Counted from the first letter of the stretch, positions 25,306 to 38,228 are shown. The stretch is 64,000 nt of DNA from Octopus sinensis (GCF_006345805.1 NC_042998.1:153264001-153328000); one strand, 5' to 3'. Notes: generated by a model not told the origin, from the letters alone. Numbers and translations: made by a program.

Positions 25306-26819
25306 CCCTTTCGTTACCAAACTGCCCAAAGCCGCCCGAAAAAAATTTTGGTTAATGTGACCAAACCGCCCAAATCCGCCCGTATTTACCTATTCATATT
25401 TAAATGAGAATATCAGATCAAATCTCTTTAGTAAATTCGTGAAAACACGTGATTATACTTCGTAAACAGTTCATCTACAGTTTTGTACAACAATTGAAGT
25501 GTAATTTTAATTCCGTGAATTTTGGGAGATTTTTTTCCGAAATTTGTTCCTATTGTGTTTTCAAAATTTGTAATTCTGACAAAAAATGCATACGAATTTC
25601 ATTATATCAAGCAGCGAGTCAGAATTCGAAGGATTTTCTACTGAAGACCTTCATAAATCTAACTCTATGACTGAAAAAAAAAAGCATGTGGTATTTGATA
25701 ATGAATCTGATGTTTCAATTTCCGAAAGTGAAAACAGTGAATCCGAGAGCTCTGACAGTGATAAAGAAAATGAATTGGCACCTGAATGGAGTGAAAATTT
25801 AAAAACTGTTTCTTTCGGTGATTTTTCTGAAGAAACTGGACCAAGCCACAGACTTTCCCAGGAGAGTAAAACCTTAGACTATTTCTTTTTACTTTTTCGA
25901 ATGAGCCTATTTGAAATCATTACGGCAGAAACGAACCATTACGCTAAATGTAAACAAAGCGAAAGAAAGGCGCAGGAGTGGCTGTGTGGTAAGTAGCTTG
26001 CTAACCAACCACATGGTTCCGGGTTCAGTCCCACTGCATGGCATCTTGGGCAAGTGTCTTCTGCTATAGCCCCGGGCCGACCAATGCCTTGTGAGTGGAT
26101 TTGGTAGACGGAAACTGAAAGAAGCCTGTCGTATATATGTATATATATATGTATATGTATGTGTGTGTGTGTTTTTGTGTGTCTGTGTTTGTCCCCCTAG
26201 CATTGCTTGACAACCGATGCTGGTGTGTTTACGTCCCCGTCACTTAGCGGTTCGGCAAAAGAGACCGATAGAATAAGTACTGGGCTTACAAAGAATAAGT
26301 CCCGGGGTCGAGTTGCTCAACTAAAGGCGGTGCTCCAGCATGGCCACAGTCAAATGACTGAAACAAGTTAAAAAAAAAAAAAAAAAAGGATAGTTAGTGG
26401 TTTCCCACAACCTTAAATGAAATTAAGACTATTGTTTCCCACAACCTTAAATGAAATTAAGACTATTTTGCCATAAATATTATTATGGGTATCAGAAAGT
26501 TACCCAGAATAACAAATTCTATCGTAAAATTTTGTTGTATACCCAATTGAATATTAGCTAATAACCCATTTTCTATAGCGATGTTTGAACAAAATTTTAG
26601 TAATTTTATATTTTGTTGAATTTACCTGTATTAGAGTCACTTTGTGACAAAAATTATAGTATAGAATTGGTTGAGAACATTTCATTAAATTATCTTCCAA
26701 AAATCAGATTAATATATTGATAAATAAAAAAGTTATAGTTGTTTAATGAAACCAGAATAAATTAATTAATTGAAACACATAAGGGGTGTATTTTGGTCAG
26801 AAATATAGTAACGAAAGGG
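25306..26819 (+). mobile_element. non-autonomous piggyBac element, copy 1
   Basis: TTAA target duplications at 25302-25305 and 26820-26823. TIR CCCTTTCGTTAC/GTAACGAAAGGG. Acidic transposase N-terminus, then DYFFLLF..ETNHYA. Confidence 0.92.
25969..26387 (+). mobile_element. young full-length tRNA-derived SINE nested in piggyBac copy 1
   Basis: A and B boxes, central microsatellite, poly(A) tail. Absent from the otherwise colinear copy 2. Confidence 0.93.
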
Positions 26820-28241
26820 TTAACCTTCTTTCAGCTCACTTCATTTGAGTGATTTCTGTAAATGATAACTATCTCAAGCCTATCCTCTAAAACAGTAGCG
26901 ATAAATCTTTTTTCATTGGTAATAATCTAAAATATCCCATCACAAACATGTGGGAATTTTTGAGCTACAGATTATCATTTTCATTGGCTTACTGATGATT
27001 TTTTAGAGTATTTAGTTTAGCTGAAAGCATTCCTAAAGAAATCTGTTAACTAAGTTTTGTATTGTTTGGATAGGACAGCATTAGGAATTACATGTTCTAT
27101 TTATTTATAATAAGGAAATCATTAAAAGTAAGATTAATGAATTATATACCATTAAAAGGGAAGAAATTATTTAACTCACAACAATAATAAACTTTTCAAG
27201 GAAAAAGTAATCTTAATATTTGGAGAAACTTAAATAAATGTAAACATTTTAGAAAGTATATTAAAACAATTATTGTTTTATAAAGACAATTGAAGACTAA
27301 TATGAATAATGTTGTTCTTTATAAGCAACACAGATTATAAGATCAATGTTTTAAACACCTCAGTAGAGAAATAATATAAAATACAATAAACATAGAATTG
27401 AATATTTATCAAAAAATAAACAAAAGAAAGAAGAAAATAAATATTTCGCTCTCAGTGAAATTTTTACTAATGTACTTTATACTAGGGTTATATTTAGTTG
27501 TTTTGAGATAAACATGCAGCACTGCTTTCAATTTGACTTAACAAAATCCTTTACTGAAAACATTGAATCACATGAATATGTTGATGAAAATACTGTTCAT
27601 ATTGTCATCGCAAGTTTTTCAAACTGGCAAAAGTTTCAGGAATAGAATTCCTCTATTTTCTGCATTTTTTATTACTATTCTTGTCCTTAATTAGTCTCTT
27701 TCACTATTATGTAATTCAGCTCTCAAGACTACAAAAGTTTAACTTCAAATTGAGCTATTGTATAAAATGATCATATCAATCAACAGCAGTATTTCCTGAT
27801 ACAGGTTATTTAGTTACACTATCAGCACATTTAATGAATTATGTATTTTTTCAAATGATCTGAATTCAGTAAATCTTAAAGGAAATTGTTCAGTAGTTGA
27901 CTTAACAGTAGTTGATAATTGCTTTTGAACACTGAATGTCTGTTTCTTATAAATTTGAAAATTGGTTATGTGATAAACTTAATTAATATTAAAGAGCAAT
28001 AAGGGAATAGAATTAACGATATCCATAAATTTAATTTAATTATAAAATTAGTAAATTAATACTAGAACAATAGCTCATTATTAACAATAAAAGTATATAT
28101 ATAAGTCTGGATATATAAATCTCTATTCTCCTAATTAATTTATTTTATTTATATATAAAACAAAGGGAAGTTGTAAGATACCGCACGAGTGGAAATAATT
28201 ATGAAAGAAGGTTTGAAAATGCAATTTTAAAAGGTGTTTAT

Positions 28242-28288
28242 TCACTTGACCGGTTTCACTTTTTTAGAAAAAAGATTATCAAAAGTAA
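28242..28288 (-). ncRNA. putative minimal hammerhead ribozyme (U3-A8 variant) in the PLE pseudo-LTR
   Basis: Minus strand reads ttactt-TTGATAA-tcttttttctaaaaaagt-GAAA-ccgg-TC-aagtga. Sense to the PLE ORF. Inverted copy at 33632-33677 reads TTGACAA...GGAA. Confidence 0.55.
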
Positions 28289-28517
28289 CATGTAAAAGCT
28301 TTGTTGTATTAGGTACTGGTTGTCACAAAAAATTACAATACATATATACATTCTTTGATAATAATAAGAAAATGTTAAAAACAGTTTACAGAAAAAATCT
28401 TGAGAAATTATTAAAAAGTTCATAAAAAATATTGGGATTTCATTAAGAATCATGTTTGTTGGGAAGTATCTATATATATACACAGAAAATTATAAGTTCA
28501 AAAAGGTCATTTTGGTA

Positions 28518-28556
<39 letters not shown>

Positions 28557-28759
28557 GAAGGAGATATATTTAGGAGTTTACAAAGAATTTGGGATGAACT
28601 GACCTGTTTCACCATTTTATCATAAAAGACTATTTTCTATTTCAAGGGACAGTGTGTGTTTGGGTGGGAGATGGAAGAGCAATGTGGAATTGAAAGGGAG
28701 TTTTTGTTTCTCTTTCAAGGTTCAGTGGTTTTGGGGATTGGTCTTTAGAGATCAGAACG

Positions 28760-28768
28760 GTGTGTGTA

Positions 28769-28800
<32 letters not shown>

Positions 28801-28828
28801 CATGTGTGTGTGTATATATATATATACA

Positions 28829-28872
<44 letters not shown>

Positions 28873-31100
28873 TGTTTGTGTTTGTGTGTGGGGGCCGTTT
28901 TTGATTGGTCCCAGGGTTTATTGTGGTGTATGTAAATGTGTCTGTGTGTGCTTAATATTTGGTAGGATGGTGTGTGTATATGTGTGCACGTTTGTGTGTG
29001 TGGTTAATATTTGTTAGGGTGTTGTGTGTATGTGTTTGTTCCCATGTGTGTATATGTGCGTCTGTGGGTGCGTGTGTATGCTTGTGTATTTTTTGTGTTA
29101 GTGGGGATGTTATGTGTGTGTAGGTGAGTGTGTGTGTACCTGAATGTGTGTGTATCTCTGTCTTAGTATGTTTGTGTTGTTATGATTGTCTTGGTGTTGT
29201 GTGTGTATGTATGTGTGTGATTGGTATTTGTTATAGTGTTGTGTGTGCACATGTGTATGTTTATGTGTTTGTTTGCATGTGTGTATGTGTGCGTCTGTAT
29301 GTGCGTACGTGAATGTTTGTGTGTTTATTGTGTTGGTGGGGATGTTATGTGTGTGTATTTGAGTGTGTTGTGTCTGAGTATGTTTGTGTTTTAATTGTCC
29401 TTGTAGTGTGTGTGCATGTGATCAACCATATGTGTGTGTGATTGTCTTGGTGTTGTGTGTGTGTATGTATGTGTGTAATTGGTATTTGTCATGGTGCTGT
29501 GTGTGTGTATATGTGCATCTGTATGTGTGCACGAGCTGTTAGGAACATTAGCGCTCCGGGCAAAATGCTTAAGGATATTTCGTCTGCCGCTATGTTCTGA
29601 GTTCAAATTCCGCCGAGGTCGACTTCGCCTTTCATCCTTTCAGGGTTGATTAAATAAGTACCAGTTACGCACTGGAGTCGATAATCGACTTAATCCATTT
29701 GTCTGTCCTTGTTTGTCCTCTCTGTGTTTAGCCCCTTGTGGGTAGTAAAGAAATAGGTATTTCATCTGTCTTTACGAAATAAGGTGGTGAGTTGGCAGAA
29801 TCCTTAACACGCTGGGCGAAATGCTTAGCGGTATTTCGTCTGCCGCTACGTTCTGAGTTCAAATTCCGCCAAGGTCAACTTTGCCTTTCATCCTTTCAGG
29901 GTTGATTAAATAAGTACCAGTTACGCACTGGGGTCGATATAATCAACTTAATCCATTTGTCTGTCCTTGTTTGTCCCCTCTGTGTTTAGCCCCTTGTGGG
30001 TAGTAAAGAAATATGTATGTGCGTGCGTGTATGTTTGTGTGTTTTTTGTGTTGGTGGGGATGCTATGTGTGCGTATGTGTATGTGTGTTTTTTGTGTTGG
30101 TGGGGATGTTATGTGTGTGTATGTGAGTGTGTGTGTGTTGTGTCTGTCTGAGTATGTTTGTGTTTTAAATGTCTTTGTGGTGTGTGTGTGTGTGAGCAAC
30201 CGTATGTGTATGTGAGGGTGCATATGTATGTGTGTGGGTATGTGTGGATAAGTGTGTTGTAGTTATCAGGGGTTCTGTGTGTCCATGTGTGTTGGGTTTA
30301 TCTGGGTGGTGTGTATGTGTGTGTATATGTGTTTTGTGTGTATTGGTGTTGAGTATGCGTTTGTGTGTGTCTGTTTTTATATGTGGGTATGGTTTATGTA
30401 GTCCTGCAGTCTCCAGGTGTGTGTGTGTGCACACATGTGTGTGTTGCATTTGTGAGTGATTTGTTTTGTTTGTATTGTTAGTGCAGTGCGTGTATATATG
30501 TAGGTGTGTTTGTGTGGGTGTGTCTATGTGTCTTGTATTTGTCGGGGAGGTGTGTGTCATTGTGTGTGTGTGCATGCTTGTGTGTATGTATGTTTGTGAA
30601 TGTTTGTTGTGGTTGTTGTGATTGTATTATAAGTGTATGTGTGTCTTTTCTTTTGAATGTGTGTGTGTGATTTTATTACTGGGGTATGGGTGTATTGTGC
30701 ACGTGTGTGTACAGGTGTGCATAAATGCATGTGTGTTTGTGTGAGTTGTGTTGTAGTTGCATGTTTGTTTGTGTATCTGTGTATGTGTGGGTGTGTTTGT
30801 GTGAATGTGATTTGTAATTTCGGGGTGGTGTGTGTATGTGTGTGCATGTCCGTGTTCACATATGTGTATATGTGTGTGAAAGTGTTGGTTATGGTTGCTA
30901 AAATCATATTGCAAGTGTATATATGTATGTGTTTTTTCTTGGGATGTGTGTGGGTTTGTGCTCTAGTGTGAGGATATTGTATTTGTGCATGTGTGTATTT
31001 GCGTCGGAGGTTGGCATTGTTTTGGTGTGTGTGATTTTGTATATCTGTATGTGTTTCTCTGTGTGTTTGTTTTGGATTTGTAGCGGGGGGGGGGAGGGTA
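28760..31100. repeat. long degenerate (TG)n-rich tract inside the PLE
   Basis: Low-complexity TG sequence with recurring ggtggggatgttatgtgtg motifs. Confidence 0.9.
29533..30012 (+). mobile_element. tandem pair of tRNA-derived SINEs (second family)
   Basis: Two ~230-bp near-identical units with B box gttcaaattcc and core gcctttcatcctttcagggttgattaaataagtaccag. Confidence 0.85.
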
Positions 31101-32282
31101 GAGTATGTTGAGTTGTGGTCTGTATTTTTAAATAAGATTATTTCCCCTATTTATTCGTGTTTAGTCAGTGGTGTTGTCCGGGCATTGGTATAGTGGGAAA
31201 ACTAGGAATTTGGGGGACTTATTGTGTGCACAGAGGTCTAAATGCCCACTAAGTTGTATCTGTCTTGTGGTGAGATCCCTCAGTTGTTGGCAGTGAACTG
31301 TCATCCTTTCTCTGAGGGTAAGGCTCGTTTGCACTATGAAGTCTTTGTGGCACCCTTCACACCTTATGACATAGAGTAAATTCTTTGATGTGCAGGTGAA
31401 ATTATTTTTTGACAAAAATGTGTCCCGACTGGAATTTGTACACTGATCCTTCAATGAGGTGGATGCAAGTCCTGCAGTTGGAATGACCACATTTTTTGAC
31501 GGTGGGCGGTGGGTTTGTGTTGGGTAATTTTGCATTGGTGAGTAGGTTTTTTAGGGATTTGGGTTGTCTTTTGCTTTTTATTATTTTATGGTTTGCGAGT
31601 AATTTTTTTAGACATGTGACTTCATTCAGCTGTGGAATGTTGTATATAATTGTGTAAGCTTCTGCATTTCTTGGATTGTATGTTGAGAGATAGGGGAGGC
31701 TATTTACTGTACTGTGGGTGTGTTTTGGTTTTCGTAAGTCTTGGGTGGTAATTGATTTGGTCTATTCTATTCCATTGTCAACTAGTGATGCTGGGTAATG
31801 TCTTTCGAGAAGAATTGCCTTTAGTTCTTGGAGTCTTTTACTTCGTGTTCTATAATTTGAGACAGTTGTGTAGATTCTTCTTGTTAGGTTGAAGGGAATA
31901 TTTGCCTTTGTGTGCTTTAGGTGATTGCAGGTGAACAGAAGGTATTGTTTGGAATCAGTGGGTTTGTAGTGGATGTCAGTTCCAATGTTGGTGCCTTTTT
32001 TAATAATAAGAATGTCAAGAAAAGGAAGTTGGTCTTGACTATATTCCATTGTAAATTGGATATGGTTTTTGACACTGTTGATAAGGTTTTTGAAGTCAAT
32101 AAGTTGGTCGAATGTGTGGGACCATAGGATGAGGCAATCATCTAAGTAACTTTTCCAATTCTCCAACAAGTACTTGTGGAAAGACAGGCCGTACTTATAT
32201 TTGGATTTTTCATAAATATGTGATTCTAGGTTTGCATAGGTACTTTAGTACCCATTGCAGTTCCTGATACCTGTGTTGTTAA

Positions 32283-33368
32283 CCCTTTCGTTACCAAATC
32301 GCCCAAAGCCGCCTGAAAAAAATTTTGGTTAATGTGACCAAACCGCCCAGAGCCGCCCGAATTTACCTATTCATATTTAAATGAGAATATCAGAGCAAAT
32401 TTCTTTAGTACATTCGTGAAAACACGTATTATACTTCGTAAACAGTTCAACTACAGTTTTGTACAATAATCGAAGTGTAATTTTAATTCCGTGAATTTTG
32501 GGAGATTTTTTTCCGAAATTTGTTCCTATTGTGTTTTCAAAATTTGTAATTCTGACAAAAAATGGATACGAATTTCATTATATCAAGCAGCGAGTCAGAA
32601 TTCGAAGGATTTTCTACTGAAGACCTTCATAAATCTAACTCTATGACTGAAAAAAAAAAGCATGTGGTATTTGTTAATGAATCTGATGTTTCATTTTCCG
32701 AAAGTGAAAACAGTGAATCTGAGATTTCCGATAGCGATAAAGAAAATGAATTGGCACCTGAATGGAGTGAAAATTTAAAAACTGTTTCTTTCGGTGATTT
32801 TTCTGAAGAAACTGGACCAAGCCACAGACTTTCCCAGAAGAGTAAAGCCTTAGACTATTTCTTTTTACTTTTTCGAATGAGCCCATTTGAAATCATTACG
32901 GCGGAAACGAACCGTTACGCTAAACGTAAACAAAGCGAAAGAAACGATAGTTTGTGGTTTCCCACAACCTTAAATAAAATTAAGACTATTTTGCCATAAA
33001 TATTATTATGGGTATCAGAAAGTTACCCAGAATAACAAATTCTATCGTAAAATTTTGTTGTATACCCAATTGAATATTAGCTAATAACCCATTTTCTATA
33101 GCGATGTTTGAACAAAATTTTAATAATTTTATATTTTGTTGAATTTACCTGTATCTACCTGCAATTAGAGTCACTTTGTGACAAAAATTATAGTGTAGAA
33201 TTGGTTGAGAATATTTCATTAAATTATCTTCCAAAAATCAGATTAATATATCGATAAATAAAAAAGTTATAGTTGTTTAATGAAACCAGACTAAATTTAT
33301 GATTACGTTAGAAATTAATTGAAACACATAAGGGGTGTAATTTGGTCAGAAATATAGTAACGAAAGGG
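32283..33368 (+). mobile_element. non-autonomous piggyBac element, copy 2, inserted in the PLE RT
   Basis: TTAA at 32279-32282 and 33369-33372. Same TIRs as copy 1. ORF 32562-32999 is the transposase N-terminus. PLE RT sequence resumes on both sides. Confidence 0.93.
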
Positions 33369-34842
33369 TTAAAATTCATGAAGTTGTTTTGGAAAATAAA
33401 TTTTAGGCCCTTGATGATGAATTCTTTTTTTATTCTTTCTGGGACCTCATTGGGATATTTATCTTGCCAGAATTTAATGGCTTCCAGTCCTAATATTTTA
33501 ATGAACTTTTTAATATTTTCCAATGTTTTTCCTTGTAAACTGTTTTAACATGTTATTATTATCAAAGAATGTATATATGTATTGCAATATTTTGTGACAA
33601 TCAGTACTTAACACAACAAAGCTTTTACATGTTACTTTTGACAATCTTTTTCTAAAAAAGTGGAACCGGTCAAGTGAATAAACACCTTTTAAAATTGCAT
33701 TTTCAAACCCTCTTTCATATATATATATACATACATAAGGTGGGTATAATGAAAACTCACATTATCACAGATATCAGCTAATGATGATGAACAAGATAAC
33801 ATTGCTATTTTATCTTGCTGAATTTGAATATAGTTCAGTTACATGCAACTAAAAATGTTTCAGTTGAACTAGTTCATCTGTGTCAATACTTTCAGCTTGT
33901 CCATAATTGCTAAAGTATCTTGACTATGCTTTTAGGTTGGCTGCTTTTATTCACTTAGTAAATTTCTATTAATCAAATGCTCATTGAGTAATCATGGAAT
34001 TTCCATTACTTGGCCACTGATGAACATAGTGAATGTCTAGTTGCTGGCCACAGCTAAAGATACAAACATACATACTTGTAATTTTGTGAACGAGCACCCT
34101 CTTTTAATGAGAACTGAAGATGGAATGAACATCAACTGAACACAACTAACCTGACCCAAATATGAATACGACTTCACTACTGAACTGATCATTTGAGGCA
34201 GCAAGCTCAAAGAGTAGTACCTCTGACATTAGAGTTGTTAGGTTTGAGTTTTGTAGTTACTGCAATGTAGAACTACTTTCTTTTAATTAGTATATCTGGT
34301 TATTATGTCTTTCTTGAGCAAAGCTCCATAAAACATTACTTATAATAATTGTTTAAATAAATAATATAAATTACTCACTGTTTTAAAGTGTCTTTTTTAC
34401 CTTAGAATTAGCAAAATAATAAACTCCATTCAATATATCTCTGCATGTTTAAAATAATAAGATATAAAAATATACCTTTAGTTTGTATATAAATATAAAA
34501 CATTTCTTTAACAAATAGTGATATTAATGTGCTAATTTAATAATTCTATAAAATGACCAAATTAAAAACTACCTTCAGAATTGATACAGGCACTACTGAT
34601 TTATGTAGGTTATTTCCAGAAAGTTTCTTTGATGACAGTGTTAATTGCAGGCAATACAAGTAAATTTAGAAGTCTATGTAATGTATACATTGTCACTCAT
34701 TACTAACAAATATTTTTATTTCCTTTATTTTCTCTTTTGAAGTCATGTATCATTGATCTCTTACATCTACTCCTGAAGTAACAGTGTATTATTTATATTC
34801 TTTATAAAATCAGAAACAAAAATTTATATTTCTCATATGCAC

Positions 34843-34990
34843 AGGCATGGCTGTGCAGTAAGAAGCTTTATTCCCAATCACATGCTTTCAAGTTCAGTCC
34901 CACTGCATCGCACCTTGGGCAAGTGCCTTCTGCTATAGCCTCAGGCCAACCAAAACCTTGTGAGTGGATTTAGTTGACAGAAACTGAAAC
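34843..34990 (+). mobile_element. SINE 5' half
   Basis: aggcatggctgtg...gttcagtcccactgc...gacagaaactgaaa. Confidence 0.75.
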
Positions 34991-35206
34991 TTGGAAATGG
35001 ATGCATGCTATTCAATTAAATAATAACATAAATAATATATATATGTATATATATAAATAGATGTGTGTATTTTACCCTTGTTAACAATTAACATGGAAAA
35101 AATAGATAAATAGTTACCAGGGTAGCAAAAAATCACAAAAGTAAAAAGTGTGCAACTTGTTTTTAAAGGTAGAAACTCCAGGTTTATGTGAAATATTTTG
35201 TATAAT

Positions 35207-35740
35207 ATCATCATCATCATCATCATTATCATCATCATCATCATTTAGCGTCCGCTTTCCATGCTAGCATGGGTTGGACGGTTCAACTGGGGTCTGGGAA
35301 GCCAGAAGGCTGCATCAGGCCCAGTCTGATCTAGCAGAGTTTCTACAGCTGGATGCCCTTCCTAACGCCAACCACTCCGTGAGTGTAGTGGGTGCTTTTT
35401 ACGTGCCACCTACACAGGTGCCAGACGGGGCTGGCAAAATGGCCACGGACGGATGGTGCTTTTTATGTGCCACTGGCACAGGGGCCAGGCAAGGCTGGAA
35501 ACGGCCACGATCGGATGGTGCTTTTTACGTGCCACTGGCACGGGGGCCAGGCGAGGCTGGCAACAGCCACGAACGGATGGTGCTTTTTACGTTCCACCGG
35601 CATGGAGGCCAGTCGGGGCAGAGCTGGCAACGGCCATGATCGGATGGTTCGCTTACTTGTCATCGGCACTGGTATCACAGCTGCAATTTCCATTGATGTT
35701 GATCGACTTGATTTTGGTTCTGCTTTCTGATATCTGATAT
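35207..35740 (-). mobile_element. RTE-like LINE 3' end
   Basis: (CAT)n tail and ~61-bp tandem repeats of the 3' UTR. Confidence 0.9.
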
Positions 35741-36476
35741 GATTTTTTGATATATAAATAAATAAATGGAATTTAACGCAGGTGTTATTCAAATTCTTTT
35801 ACTTCTGACACATGTTTCAAAGATATCACTGGTATTATTCCAAAGGAATAAAATGGTGTAAAACAATGTAATCTTCACTTGAGGGAAATGAAGAAATGAA
35901 ACTCGTCAATAAGACATTTTAACAGAATATGATGTATATGTATATTGATTAACTGAATGCTATTAAGTTTGTTTTAAAAAAACATTAGAGGATATAATGT
36001 CAAAGGTAGCCTATAGAAAGAGGTAGGGTAAAGGAAAAAAAACGCCAAATAAATGAGAAGTATATAATGATATGTATATTAAATAAAACTCTAAAGTCTT
36101 GGAAAAAGATATATCTAGTGAATGTGAAATATAAGAAGAATATTAATGTTTAAATTATATATAATGATAGATATCACTTATATCAACTAAAGGTGTATTT
36201 CTGCCAATGTTTACATCAGTATGCACGCTCTATAACCATGTTTACAAGGGGATTTTTAGAAAAAAAGAGAAAAAATTGTTCAGAATTACAGAGAAGACAG
36301 AATTCCTTGCCTTTATCATAAGGTATCAAAACTGATGAAGGGTCATTCTTTGTGTTACTTGTCCTGTTTTCAATTTTTTTTCTCTCGTTGTTTGCTTATT
36401 TAACTTGCTTGTTTTCATACTTCTTGTTATTTACAGTTGGTGACATCTTGTATCCATATATGCATATATATGTATG

Positions 36477-36531
<55 letters not shown>

Positions 36532-36539
36532 TTATATAT

Positions 36540-36760
36540 CTATGTGTGTCTGTATTTGTTCCCCCCCCCCTCAATCACTGCTTGACAACCAATATTGGTG
36601 TATTTATGTCCCTATAATTAGTGGTTTGGCAAAAAAGACAAATAGAATAAGTATAAGGTTTAAAAAATAATTCCTGGAGACGATTTGTTTGACTAAAGTC
36701 TTTCAAGGTGGTGCTCCAACATGGCTGCAGTCAAATGACAGAAGCAAACATAAAAAAGAA
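36540..36760 (+). mobile_element. SINE 3' half
   Basis: gcttgacaacc...gaataagta...ggtgctccaacatggctgcagtcaaatgac. Confidence 0.7.
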
Positions 36761-36935
36761 TGCCAATGAAGTGATTTCACATGCTATTTTGGGCATGTCT
36801 GCTGTAAGTTCACTGCCCTTGCTCTCAAACTACAGTCAATCATTTATTTGGAATACTTTTTTACACAAAATTACTATTGACTCTGTTTTTGCACTTGTTT
36901 AAAATAATCTTTGATTGAGATTTTATGTTTTACAG

Positions 36936-37112
36936 CAACCTTGGTATGACCAACACCCATATCAAATAATGTTTTTAGTTGGTCTAGGAAATGTACCACC
37001 AATTCCAGAAAACTTAAGTCGAGAAGGGAAAGAGTTCTTAAAACACTGCTTTGAGATGGAACCTAGTCGACGCCCTTGTACCATTGACCTACTAAACCAT
37101 CCTTTTCCAAAG
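36936..37112 (+). CDS. MAP3K4: MAP3K4-like exon: subdomains X-XI, ending in a GC donor
   Basis: ttttacag acceptor. QPWYDQHPYQIMFLVGLGNVPPIPENLSREGKEFLKHCFEMEPSRRP...LLNHPFPK, then AAG|gcaagt. Confidence 0.92.
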
Positions 37113-38155
37113 GCAAGTATTTATTTTTATTTTTATCTTTAAATAGAGTAAAATTCACAGCCTAGTTTCAGAATTTATTTATTATGCCATTGGGAAAGAC
37201 ATACATAACTTTTTTCCCTTCCCTCAAAGTTAATTAGGTTAGATAGGTTTAGATCTTACATACGAAATATTGCTGTAATTTGCAGGCATAAATTATGAAG
37301 TGATACTTTATTAATTAACTCTATCAGTATGTTTGGAATATTTATTACATTTCTTATTACTGAATATTTGTCAGAATTATTTTGAAAATTAAGTAGTTTG
37401 TCTTTGACTCAAGATACTCTTGAAATAAAAAAAATATGGTGAGAACCATTAATCATTGATCATTACTAATCACAAAAATGCTGCTGCTTTTACATGTTTG
37501 TTGCACGTCTTCTCGGGTGATTTAAATTTGAACAATTTGAGGACCGAGGCTGTCCAAGTATTTTAGTTTTCTTCAAATTGTCATTAGAGATTCAGAAGTC
37601 TTCTTCCTTTGCCCCCATAAATGATTAGATTAAAAAATACATAACTAGTATCAACAGGCTTGGGTGTTCAATTTTTTTTACCAAAATCTGCTGTTAAAAA
37701 TACCTATCCTAAAATCTCACCTAAATATTAAAATTTTCTGAAGCTATTTTGCTACTTCAGGAGAAATGAAGTTATTATTGTAAATATTGTTTTTTGTCAT
37801 CATCGTTGTTGCCGCCATCGCCACTGTCGTTCGGTGTCAGAGGAGAATTTAATGTTAAAATACATTTCATTAAATAGTTTGGTTTTTGAGACCCTAGATT
37901 CTTAGGATGCACTTTTGAAGTTCAATTATCTCCTATTTAACATAGAATGTTATTTAAAAAATAATTACTACTGTTTTATATATATTTTATGTCATAATTT
38001 TCCTTCTCACAAACAGCAGTCACATTTCCATTTCATTTATATCTTTGAATAATTATGCATTGGTATGCTTATATGTAACCAAAATCTCCCTTTAGTTAGT
38101 TATGGAAATTTTAATTATTCATAATTTCAAGAACAAAATAAAAACCTATGGAATA

Positions 38156-38228
38156 TGCTGAAATCCAGGATTGAACCAGGGACTTTTAGAATTTTAGTCT
38201 TAGACTCTCTCATTGAGCTATGTCTTGT
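38156..38228 (-). pseudogene. tRNA-Phe pseudogene
   Basis: Minus strand ...atagctcaatgagagagtctaagactAAAattctaaaagtccctggttcaatcctggatttcagca is colinear with eukaryotic tRNA-Phe(GAA). Anticodon and stems are mutated. T-run shortly downstream. Confidence 0.8.

Larger units (their letters stand above)
28200..33719 (-). mobile_element. Penelope-like element with inverted pseudo-LTRs, RT and GIY-YIG endonuclease
   Basis: Inverted repeats ~28200-28438 and ~33488-33719. Minus-strand QVSGTAMGTK, YLDD, LPFLDI, YKPTDSKQYL and NLLYVIRC..C..FIVQT..LRERM..H. Frameshifted. Confidence 0.9.

Noticed and set aside
28590-28635. Second hammerhead-like motif in the PLE (minus strand tgataa...gaaacaggtc)
   Set aside because: No clear stem I or stem II could be formed.
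28654-31111. Many Cys/Val- or His/Thr-rich ORFs
   Set aside because: Artefacts of TG/CA low-complexity DNA; the same applies to 4777-5057 and similar tracts.
32562-32999. Domesticated PGBD gene
   Set aside because: No catalytic DDD domain, and it lies between intact TIRs and TTAA duplications in two copies.
35800-35912. Possible long-stem hammerhead on the minus strand (ttgacga...gaaacatgtgtc)
   Set aside because: Stem I and stem II pairing is unconvincing; at most a decayed PLE-like remnant.
37113-37142. Read-through C-terminus ASIYFYFYL as the true protein end
   Set aside because: The sequence is intron-like and T-rich; the GC donor plus the 41282 exon fits MEKK4 better.
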